This document shows positions 56,354 through 64,000 of a stretch of 64,000 nt of DNA, piece by piece (within the stretch, counting starts at the first letter, position 1; each line of letters begins with the position of its first letter). The notes beneath the pieces were generated by a model. The model searched no databases. It was given only the letters and a program-made list of their open reading frames with translations, and was not told the DNA's origin. The translations under genes and the position numbers were made by a program. Source of the stretch: Myxococcota bacterium (GTDB taxonomy: Bacteria > Myxococcota_A > UBA9160 > SZUA-336); contig CBDFGR010000002.1 of NCBI GenBank assembly GCA_965247115.1, forward strand, positions 1,888,001-1,952,000. Reading direction: 5' to 3'.

Positions 56354-57289
56354 CTACTCCGTCTCCTTCTCGCCTGGCTCTCCCAGCAAGAGCTCCTCGG
56401 CTGCCTGTCTGAGCTCCGCCAGCTCGCCCGGATCCGCGGAATCCAGCTCGTAGAGCTGCGCCGCTTCTGGGACCTGCCGCTCGATCTCGCCCAGGAGCGC
56501 GTTGCAGTCCTCGAGGCTCATGCCGAAGTAGCTCTGCGCGCATCTGCCGAGTCGCTCCACGAGCATCTCGACGTTGCCCCCGGTGTAGAGGTCGGCGCAC
56601 GTGGTCGCAATGTGCAGGAGCTCCGCGAGTGTTCGAGCGTGGCCGGCTTCCAGTCGACTCGGGTCGTCCTGTGAGCCCAGCGCCTCGCAGATGATGGGCG
56701 GCAGCCCCCACGTGCTCAGGAGGTCGCGCGTGACCTCGGCATTCGTCATGCCCAGGATTTCTCGCTCGACATCTTCGAGCGGACGCTTCGTCTCTTCCAG
56801 CCGCTCGAGCACGGGGCCGTACTCCTGGGGCGCCCACTCTACGAGAACGAGCTGTCCCAATCGGCAGAGCAGTCCCGCCAGGAAGGCCTCATCTCGCAGG
56901 CGTGGAGCCCGTTCCTGGGCCAGGAAGCGGGCAGCCACGTTCGTGGCGATGCTGAAGGTCCAGTAGCGGGTGTAGTCGAAGCCGAGCTCGCTCGTCTCCT
57001 TGGCCAGCTTGACGAGGGAGAACGACAGCGCGAGCAGGTTCACTGTTCGCACACCCATGACGATGACGGCCTCGCGAACGCTCGTGACCCGTCTGGGAAT
57101 ACCGAACATGACGGAGTTCGCGGTCCGGACGAGCTTGGTGACCAGCGCAGGATCGAGCTTCAGGACCTCGACAATGTTCTGCAGCTCGACCTCTTCGGCC
57201 TGGCTGAGCCTGACGATCTCGAGGGCGACACCGGGGGCCGAGGGCAGCCGGTCCGTCTTCTGCAGCCTCTCAATCAGGTTCGCGCCCAC
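56354..57289 (-). CDS. HDOD domain protein
   Basis: LPSAP, DPALVTKLVRTANS, EAFLAGLL, WGLP. Confidence 0.88.
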   Translation of the reverse strand: MGANLIERLQKTDRLPSAPGVALEIVRLSQAEEVELQNIVEVLKLDPALVTKLVRTANSVMFGIPRRVTSVREAVIVMGVRTVNLLALSFSLVKLAKETSELGFDYTRYWTFSIATNVAARFLAQERAPRLRDEAFLAGLLCRLGQLVLVEWAPQEYGPVLERLEETKRPLEDVEREILGMTNAEVTRDLLSTWGLPPIICEALGSQDDPSRLEAGHARTLAELLHIATTCADLYTGGNVEMLVERLGRCAQSYFGMSLEDCNALLGEIERQVPEAAQLYELDSADPGELAELRQAAEELLLGEPGEKETE

Positions 57290-57424
57290 GCTTGTATCTC
57301 CCAGCCTTCTGGTCCGGGGTACCCCGGTCGTCGCCTACTCAGAGCTATTCGACCTAGCCTCGCAGCTTTTTGAGTCCGAACAGGCAGGCTTGCAGCTACA
57401 GCTTGGATTCTTCTGGTCGATCTA

Positions 57425-58225
57425 GTGTCTCGGTCCCGTGAACTGGTGCCGCTCGGGACGACGACGCCGTCGTCTCGTGGCATCGATTGGATGACGATGT
57501 CTAGCCAGCGCAGCCTCCAGGACTGGTCGAGAGCAGAGATTCTCAACATGCTACGTGAGCGCTGCAGCTCGGGAACACCCGCGCTGGCGCTGCCGATCGA
57601 GCTCGGGCTTCCCGTGGTGACGCTCTTCGACACCGTCAACGAGAGCGAGCTGGTTCTCGCCACCGCATCGGAGTCGATGGAGACCAACTTCTGCTCTCTC
57701 TGTCCCTGTGTGGTGTCGTTCAGCTACGAAGGTCGCACCATGGCCTTCATGTCCCACATCGTGGACTGGAACCATGGGACTACGCCTCCGAGGCTCTCGC
57801 TCGAGATCCCGTCCAGGCTGCTCGCGATGGAGCATCGGCAGTACTTCCGGATCCCGCTGGGGGAGAGCTGCGGACTCCACGTGAGCGTGTCCACGCATGG
57901 TGGAGAGCCCAGCCCGGTCCGTGCCCTCGACATCAGCATCGCTGGCATGTTGATCGAGTTCTCAGACGATCCGGATCTGCCGACCGACGCGAAGCTCGAG
58001 ATCGTGATGCGCCACGGAGAGGACACGGTCTGCGTCGGTGCCGTCGTCCGGCACCGCAGGGCAGGCCGCTATGGTCTGTTCTTCGTGGACTGCGTCTCGG
58101 AGCGCGGCGTGCATCCGCCGGAGTCGCTGCGCCGTCTTGTGGCAAACCTCGAGGGACGTTGGCTCGGTCGCAAGCGCACGGCTGAGACACCGCTCCCCCG
58201 CCCCTGCCCGCGTCCGGTCAAGTAA
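57425..58225 (+). CDS. YcgR-like PilZ domain protein (start may be ATG57491)
   Basis: EHRQYFRI and DISIAGM PilZ motifs after an N-terminal split-barrel-like region. Confidence 0.75.
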   Translation: MSRSRELVPLGTTTPSSRGIDWMTMSSQRSLQDWSRAEILNMLRERCSSGTPALALPIELGLPVVTLFDTVNESELVLATASESMETNFCSLCPCVVSFSYEGRTMAFMSHIVDWNHGTTPPRLSLEIPSRLLAMEHRQYFRIPLGESCGLHVSVSTHGGEPSPVRALDISIAGMLIEFSDDPDLPTDAKLEIVMRHGEDTVCVGAVVRHRRAGRYGLFFVDCVSERGVHPPESLRRLVANLEGRWLGRKRTAETPLPRPCPRPVK

Positions 58226-58232
58226 GCGCCGG

Positions 58233-58979
58233 CTAGCGGTACAGCGGGTTCGGGTGGTCGAAGCGACAGCCCGCGTCCCACTCCGAACGCTGATTCCCGT
58301 GGGCCGGGATGCCGTTTGCCTCTTGCAGCATCCTGGCGAGATGCATCAGGTTCCAGGTCATGAAGGTCGTGTTGCGGTTGGTAAAGTCGTTCTCGGGGCC
58401 ACCCGAGCCCGGATCCAGATAGGACGGTCCGGGACCGGCTTCTCCCAGCCAGCCCGCATCCGCCTGAGGCGGGATCACGTAGCCCAGGTGTTGCAGCGAG
58501 TAGAGGATGTTCATGGCGCAGTGCTTCGCCCCATCCTCGTTTCCTGTGATCAGGCAGCCCCCGACCCGACCGTAGTAGGCGTACTGGCCTTGTGTGTTGA
58601 GGTCTCCCGACGTGGAGTACAAGCGCTCGATCAGCTGCGTGCAGACCGATGACTTCTCCCCAAGCCAGATCGGAGAGGTGATCACCAGGATGTTCGCAGA
58701 CTTGACCTTCTCGTAGATCTGCGGCCAGTCGTCGCGCTCCCAGCCGTGCTCGCTCATGTCGGGGTAGACTCCGACCGCCAGAGCGAAGTCGACGGGGCGA
58801 AGGACCTCGGTCGAGATCCCATTCTTCTCCATGATTGCCGCGGAGATATCGATGAGGCCCTGCGTGTGAGACAGCTCCGGAGAACGCTTGAGAGTGCAGT
58901 TGAGGAACAGCGCGTTCAGAGCGGAGAAGTCCCACCGACTGTCCTCACACATCTTGAGTTGTCGCTCGTCGAGTGCCAT
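58233..58979 (-). CDS. Flavodoxin-like / NADPH-dependent FMN reductase family protein
   Basis: LNCTLKRSP, SPIWLGEKSS, TGNEDGAKH. Confidence 0.88.
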   Translation of the reverse strand: MALDERQLKMCEDSRWDFSALNALFLNCTLKRSPELSHTQGLIDISAAIMEKNGISTEVLRPVDFALAVGVYPDMSEHGWERDDWPQIYEKVKSANILVITSPIWLGEKSSVCTQLIERLYSTSGDLNTQGQYAYYGRVGGCLITGNEDGAKHCAMNILYSLQHLGYVIPPQADAGWLGEAGPGPSYLDPGSGGPENDFTNRNTTFMTWNLMHLARMLQEANGIPAHGNQRSEWDAGCRFDHPNPLYR

Positions 58980-59108
58980 GCAGTTTCCTCCCGCGCCAGA
59001 TTGTATCCTGCGTCGTTGGACCGCGAGCGTGAGGTCTGCTGACGAGCAGCGACTGGGGCCACCCGCGAGCGTAGAATCGGCCGGCCACCACACTGCGAAG
59101 GGAGAGGC

Positions 59109-59882
59109 ATGTCCGGCACCATTCTGTACGAACGCGATCGCCACATCGCCACCATCACGTACAACCGACCCGAGGCCATGAACGCCGTCAACGCCGAGCT
59201 GCGCGGAGAGCTCAACGCCGCATGGACGACGTTCCGCGACGATGAGGAAGCGTGGGTCGCGATCGTGACCGGCACCGGCCGCGCCTTCTGCGCGGGAGCC
59301 GACCTCGTGCTGGGCGGCGCAGGTGATGCAGAGGAGCACAGCTTCTGGGAGATCCCTGGCCTCACCTCGCTCGAGAACGGCCTCGAGATTTGGAAGCCCA
59401 TCGTCGCGGCGGTGAACGGCTACGCGCTGGGCTTCGGGCTTACCCTCGTCTCCGCCTGCGACTTCGTGATCGCGAGCGAACGGGCCGAGTTCGGCTTTCC
59501 GGAGGTGCGCCTCGGGGTCCCAACCATCCAGGGCGCTGTGCGAATGCCCCGAATGGTCGGCTGGCAGGCGGCCATGGAGCTCCTGCTGCTCGGCGAGCGC
59601 GTGGATGCCGAGACCGCGAAGGAGATGGGCCTGGTGCGTCGCGTGGTGCCCCACGACGGACTGATGAAGGAAGCCCGGGCGCTCGCCGAGCGACTGTGCC
59701 AGTCTGCGCCGCTGGCCGTGCGCGCAACCAAAGAGGTGGCGAAGCGCGCCCTGCAACTATCCTTCAGCGACGCGATCCGCTTCGGGGAGACCATGCGCCG
59801 TGTCGCAGGCGCCACCGACGATGCACGCGAGGGAATGGCCGCTGCCCGGGACAGCCGCGTACCCGCGTGGAAGGCTCGCTAA
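59109..59882 (+). CDS. Enoyl-CoA hydratase/isomerase family protein
   Basis: NRPEAMNA, FCAGADL, KPIVAAVNGYALG, FGFPEV. Confidence 0.92.
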   Translation: MSGTILYERDRHIATITYNRPEAMNAVNAELRGELNAAWTTFRDDEEAWVAIVTGTGRAFCAGADLVLGGAGDAEEHSFWEIPGLTSLENGLEIWKPIVAAVNGYALGFGLTLVSACDFVIASERAEFGFPEVRLGVPTIQGAVRMPRMVGWQAAMELLLLGERVDAETAKEMGLVRRVVPHDGLMKEARALAERLCQSAPLAVRATKEVAKRALQLSFSDAIRFGETMRRVAGATDDAREGMAAARDSRVPAWKAR

Positions 59883-59892
59883 CGGAGGGAAC

Positions 59893-60351
59893 TCAGAGCT
59901 CGAGCGGCTTTGCTTGTGCGACGCGCTGCGTGTCCTGCTTCCAGACGTCCGACGTGTCGACGTAGACTTCGACATTGTTGCCGTCTGGGTCGTCAAAGTA
60001 GAGCGACTGCGTCACATCATGGTCCACCGATCGCGGCTTGATTCCGTGAGACTCGAGATGGGCCTTCGCCTCTCGTAGGTCGTCGAGGCTCTCGCCGATC
60101 TTGAACGCGACGTGGAAGAGCCCTGGCGACTTCGCCGGTGGTGACTCGGCATCCTCGCCCACTTCGAAGGTGGCGAAATCGTGGTGGTTGCCGAGGCTGA
60201 AGAAGGTCATGCAGAAGCCCGGGGGTTTGTCTGGAGCGAGGCGCGCGACGATCGGGAGCCCGAGAATCCCATTGTAGAACTTCTCGGAGCGGGCCTGGTC
60301 TCGGACCTTGATGACGACATGTCCGAGGGATTCGATCTTCATACTCTTCAC
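59893..60351 (-). CDS. VOC family protein
   Basis: LGHVVIKVRD, HHD, GLFHVAF, SLYFDDPDGNNVE. Confidence 0.88.
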   Translation of the reverse strand: MKSMKIESLGHVVIKVRDQARSEKFYNGILGLPIVARLAPDKPPGFCMTFFSLGNHHDFATFEVGEDAESPPAKSPGLFHVAFKIGESLDDLREAKAHLESHGIKPRSVDHDVTQSLYFDDPDGNNVEVYVDTSDVWKQDTQRVAQAKPLEL

Positions 60352-60423
60352 CTCCTACAGGAGATGATTGCACCTGCAAGGTCAGAATGAAAGGCTGATC
60401 TTTAGGGGGTAGTGTGGGCGCCC

Positions 60424-61086
60424 ATGGAGCTCGAATCCGACTTCCGACAACCAACGCTGCGCCCGACGCTCGAATCACTCGAGGAACACTTCGCGAGCGA
60501 AGTGGCACAGGACCTGGCCGAGCTCCCGAACCGGCACCGCGAGTCGAGCGTCGGAGCGGAGCTGCGGCGACTGGCGACTCGAGCGGGGGTTCTGATCGCG
60601 CTCGTCGATCGCCACGAAGGGCTCAGCGTTCTGTTCACGCGCAGGCATCACAGCATCTCCTACCCTGGCCACGTCTGCTTCCCTGGTGGGCGCTCCGATC
60701 CCAGGGACGCCGCCGTGGAGGACACCGCGCTCCGAGAGGCCCACGAGGAGATCCGTCTGGCACCCGAGCAAGTCCGCGTGCTTGGCCGCCTCGGCGACTA
60801 CTACACCCACAGCCGCTACCGCATCGCCCCGATCGTCGGCATCGTCACCCCACCGCTGGAGCTCGTCCCGCAGCCCGGCGAGGTGGAGGAGATCATCGAG
60901 ATCCCGCTTCCGTATCTGCTCCGTTCCGACTCGTACGTGCTGCGATCCCACGCAGGCGTTGCGTCGCGCGCCCACTTCTCCCTCACACACGCCGGCGCAA
61001 CCATCACAGGGCCCACCGTCTGCATACTCATGGGCCTCTACGCAGAGCTCGCGAGGACCCACCCGCCTCAGATATCGCTGGCGTGA
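60424..61086 (+). CDS. Nudix CoA pyrophosphatase
   Basis: LFTRR....YPGHVCFPGG, TALREAHEEI. Confidence 0.88.
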   Translation: MELESDFRQPTLRPTLESLEEHFASEVAQDLAELPNRHRESSVGAELRRLATRAGVLIALVDRHEGLSVLFTRRHHSISYPGHVCFPGGRSDPRDAAVEDTALREAHEEIRLAPEQVRVLGRLGDYYTHSRYRIAPIVGIVTPPLELVPQPGEVEEIIEIPLPYLLRSDSYVLRSHAGVASRAHFSLTHAGATITGPTVCILMGLYAELARTHPPQISLA

Positions 61087-61105
61087 CGGTAGAGGGTATG
61101 TAACA

Positions 61106-61123
61106 GTTAAGTTAGTGCTTAAC
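61106..61123. promoter_or_regulatory. Probable ArsR autoregulatory operator overlapping the start codon
   Basis: Palindrome GTTAAG-N6-CTTAAC spanning GTG61115. Confidence 0.65.
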
Positions 61124-61444
61124 CAATCTGAAGTCGTCCAGCGCGTCTTCCACGCGCTGGCAGACCCGACCCGGCTAGCGATGTTCGAGCGGCTGAGCCG
61201 CGGGCCGGCCTCGGTTGGCGAACTCGCGAAGCCGCTGCCGATGTCGCTGCCGGCCGTGCTCCAGCACCTCGCGGTGCTAGAGGCGGACGGTCTCGTGCAC
61301 TCGGAGAAGGTCGGGCGCGTGCGGACCTGCCGCATCGAGCCCGCCGCGCTGCGGACCGCCGGCGACTGGGTTGCCAGGAGGCGCGCCATGGTGGACCGCA
61401 GCCTCGACCGGCTTGGGGAATACCTCGCCGAAGAGAAAACATAG
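61115..61444 (+). CDS. ArsR/SmtB family transcriptional regulator
   Basis: VFHALADPTR, MSLPAVLQHLAVLE..GLV.SEKVGRVRTC. Confidence 0.9.
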   Translation: MLNQSEVVQRVFHALADPTRLAMFERLSRGPASVGELAKPLPMSLPAVLQHLAVLEADGLVHSEKVGRVRTCRIEPAALRTAGDWVARRRAMVDRSLDRLGEYLAEEKT

Positions 61445-61468
61445 ACGACGGAACTAGGAGACCAAGAG

Positions 61469-61936
61469 ATGACCCAACGATCCACGCAGCACGCGACGTT
61501 CGATATCGAGCGCCTCTTCGACGCCTCGCCGGCGCGAGTGTTCGGCGCCTGGGCCGATCCCGCCGCGAAGGGGCAATGGTTCGGCCCGGGCGAGGGCGAG
61601 GGCAAGCTCGAGCTCGACTTCCGAGTCGACGGACGGGAGCATTTCACGGCCGCGCTACCCGACGGGAGGGTCCTCGGCTACGACGCGCACTACCAGGAGA
61701 TCGTGCCCGGCCAGCGCATCGTCTACGCCTACACCATTGACTTCGATAAGACCCGGATCTCGGCGTCGCTCGTGACTGTGGAGATCACCCCGGCCGGCGA
61801 ACGCACGCGCCTCCTCTACACAGAGCAGGGCGTCTACCTGGATGGCGGTGATACTCCGGCCGACCGCGAGCACGGCACGCGCGAGGAGCTGGAGAAGCTG
61901 GACGTCGCGCTCTCGCGTGCGGCCGTGAGCGGCTAA
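61469..61936 (+). CDS. SRPBCC/AHA1 domain protein
   Basis: HATFDIER, RVFGAW, LDFRVDGRE, EIVPGQRIVY, YTEQG. Confidence 0.9.
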   Translation: MTQRSTQHATFDIERLFDASPARVFGAWADPAAKGQWFGPGEGEGKLELDFRVDGREHFTAALPDGRVLGYDAHYQEIVPGQRIVYAYTIDFDKTRISASLVTVEITPAGERTRLLYTEQGVYLDGGDTPADREHGTREELEKLDVALSRAAVSG

Positions 61937-61943
61937 CAAGGCC

Positions 61944-62957
61944 CTAGACGTGTAGCTCCAGGACGTCGCCGTCCGCGATGGGGTGGTCGCGGCCGACCTG
62001 CTGGCCCTTCGAGGCTCCGCGCCAGAGGCGTGCGTACTTGAGCTGCGAGGCGAGCTCGCGGTGTACGAGCCTGGCGACGTCGTGCACCGTATCTCCCTGC
62101 CGCAGCGCGAAGGGTTGCTCCCGCTCCGGCGGTTGCCCGGGCACCTTGCTGTAGACGCGCAGGATGCCGAGGGTTCGGAACCACCAGGGACCGATCTGCT
62201 CGCAGCCCTTCCCGCTCTCGGCAGAGACCACCAGGCCAGGGAAGTGCGTGTCCAGCAGCTCCTGCAACGCTTCGAGCTCTCCCTCCGGATCGTCGCTCTG
62301 GTCGGCCTTGTTTCCGACGAGCAACGTGGGGAGACGCACGGCGAAGGGATCCGGAGTAGCCGGATCGGAACCAGCGCTGCGCTCCTCTGCGCCGGGCAGG
62401 AGGGTCACGCGCATCTCGCCCAGGATCTCGCGTACCGATGCAACCTGCTCCACACACTCGGGCTCCTGCAGGTCGACGACGAGCATGCTGGCATCCGCCG
62501 GCTGAAGGGCGTTGCTGAGCCACGGCAGCGCGTGTTCGCGGGAGACAGGTGGCAGGTCGACGAGCTGGAAGAGGATGTCCTCACACGGGAGCATTCCCGG
62601 CAGGAGGGCGTCCGTGGTAAAGGGATAGGAGCCGACCTCCGCGTGAGAGCTCGTCAGACGTGCGTGGAGCGCGGACTTGCCCACGTTGGGAGCGCCTACG
62701 AGCGCGATTTGCGCCGCGCCCTCCGGGCGGATCGTGTGTGTGGGACCGCGGCGACCCCCGCCTTTCCTCGGGGCCTGGAGCTCGTCACCGAGCTGCTTGA
62801 TCCGCGTCTTGATCTCGGCCTGGAGGCGCTCGGTTCCCTTGTGCTTCGGGATGGTGCGCAGCATCTCGCGCAGGCACGCCAGCCGCTCGTCGGTGTCGCG
62901 CGCCTTCTTGAAGGCGGCCTCCGCCTTCCTGTACTCCTGGCTCAGGTTTGCCGCCAC
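61944..62957 (-). CDS. DRG/OBG-family GTPase with TGS domain
   Basis: IPKHKGTERL N-terminal helix, GAPNVGKS, YPFTT, DLPP, NKAD, SAE, C-terminal TGS (RVYSK...VHREL...DGDVLELH). Confidence 0.88.
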   Translation of the reverse strand: MAANLSQEYRKAEAAFKKARDTDERLACLREMLRTIPKHKGTERLQAEIKTRIKQLGDELQAPRKGGGRRGPTHTIRPEGAAQIALVGAPNVGKSALHARLTSSHAEVGSYPFTTDALLPGMLPCEDILFQLVDLPPVSREHALPWLSNALQPADASMLVVDLQEPECVEQVASVREILGEMRVTLLPGAEERSAGSDPATPDPFAVRLPTLLVGNKADQSDDPEGELEALQELLDTHFPGLVVSAESGKGCEQIGPWWFRTLGILRVYSKVPGQPPEREQPFALRQGDTVHDVARLVHRELASQLKYARLWRGASKGQQVGRDHPIADGDVLELHV

Positions 62958-63059
62958 GGCGCTCTGGGCCTCGGTGTGGGTCGCTGTCCCGAATCCTATC
63001 CCGCCCGCCGGGTTTGCGACAAACTGGATCGGAGAGGATGTCCGGAGCATAATCGCCTC

Positions 63060-63953
63060 ATGACGGCGTCCCTCGACTGGCTGGGCTGCGCGACCTTTCG
63101 GTTGCAGATCGGTCGCCTGGTGGTGTTTCTCGATGCCTACATCGATCGCGTTCCGTCCGCGCCGCCCGTCGGGATCTCGGTAGCCGAGATCGACCGCGCG
63201 GATTGGATCATCGTCGGCCACTCGCACTTCGACCATCTCTACGGTGCGGAGCGTATCGCGCTGCAGACTGGCGCAACCATTGTCGGTTCCTATGAGACGG
63301 TGCGTGTGATGGAGATGCAGGGTGTTCCCCTGGCGCAGCTCATGCCGGTAGCGGGGGGAGAGAAGGTGCGGCTCTCGGACGACGTCGCTGTCGATGTATT
63401 CCCGAGTCAGCACTCCTGCGTGTGGACGGCGCGACAGCTCGGGCCGTCCGCCGAGGTCTGCATCGGTGATCTCGGGGTCACGTACCAGGAGCAGCAGGAG
63501 CGGCTCGGGGAGCTGCAGCGGTACATGGGAAGCCTCGACGGCGACGTCAGGAGTCATCTGGAGGCCAGCGCGCAGGGACCACGCGGAGATGGCGGCGCCC
63601 TCGTGTACCTGTTCGACACGCCGGAGGGCCGCTTGCTCTATCAGGACACCTCGGGCCACTGGACGGGGATCTTCCGGGATCTGCGGCCGGACGTCGCGAT
63701 TCTGGCCGCGGCCGGGCGCGGCAACATCGACGGCGAGCCGATCCAGGGCACGCTCGCGCAGTTCGTTGCACGCCAGGCCGACCTGGTTCGCCCGAAGCGC
63801 GTGATTCTGTCCCATCACGACGACTGGCTGCCGGGCTTCTCGAAGGCGATCGATGTCGCACCCATCCGAGACGAGTTCGCGCGCGTGGTCCCGCGCGTCG
63901 AGCTGCTGGAGATGGGCTACCTGGAGGCCGCGCCGATCTTCAAGGGCATCTGA
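63060..63953 (+). CDS. MBL-fold metallo-hydrolase
   Basis: WLGCATF, GHSHFDH, SHHD. Confidence 0.88.
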   Translation: MTASLDWLGCATFRLQIGRLVVFLDAYIDRVPSAPPVGISVAEIDRADWIIVGHSHFDHLYGAERIALQTGATIVGSYETVRVMEMQGVPLAQLMPVAGGEKVRLSDDVAVDVFPSQHSCVWTARQLGPSAEVCIGDLGVTYQEQQERLGELQRYMGSLDGDVRSHLEASAQGPRGDGGALVYLFDTPEGRLLYQDTSGHWTGIFRDLRPDVAILAAAGRGNIDGEPIQGTLAQFVARQADLVRPKRVILSHHDDWLPGFSKAIDVAPIRDEFARVVPRVELLEMGYLEAAPIFKGI

Positions 63954-64000
63954 GGCCTGCGATTTCTAGGATCCGGGGTAGCGCCAGGGCGGCTCCGCCT

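Noticed and set aside
61983..63953. Apparent long overlapping 656-aa (+) and 624-aa (-) ORFs
   Set aside because: These are spurious N-terminal extensions; the real divergent genes start at 63060 (MBL hydrolase) and 62957 (GTPase)
1..64000. CRISPR arrays, tRNA/rRNA, prophage or recognisable defence operons
   Set aside because: No regularly spaced repeats, RNA-gene signatures or hallmark proteins were seen by eye; a covariance-model scan would be needed to exclude small ncRNAs

Overview
GC-rich window from a Gram-negative bacterium: it encodes LpxA, an MltF-type lytic transglycosylase and a DUF481-like outer-membrane barrel. The gene content resembles uncultured Myxococcota/deltaproteobacteria, which is an inference. 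About 55 densely packed CDSs are dominated by CoA/lipid catabolism and oxidoreductases, plus ppc, two class III nucleotide cyclases, HDOD/PilZ proteins and a zinc finger-LemA-HtpX operon. No rRNA, tRNA or CRISPR array was seen. Highlights: (1) a selenoprotein glutathione peroxidase missing from the ORF track (5937-6416, minus), with an in-frame TGA at the catalytic site followed by a SECIS-like hairpin. (2) A compact candidate envelope-stress system: a PspA/IM30 + membrane protein + exported VWA operon, divergent from an OmpR-type two-component pair, with tandem GTAAA boxes in the shared promoter. (3) Two outward-facing RAYT-like HUH/Y1 transposase genes with a shared 22-nt upstream motif, bracketing an internally deleted IS481 remnant, ppc and two hydrolases. 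(4) A DRG-type TGS GTPase, several gene remnants and two probable G-run frameshifts. All family calls come from motif recognition by eye; no searches were run.
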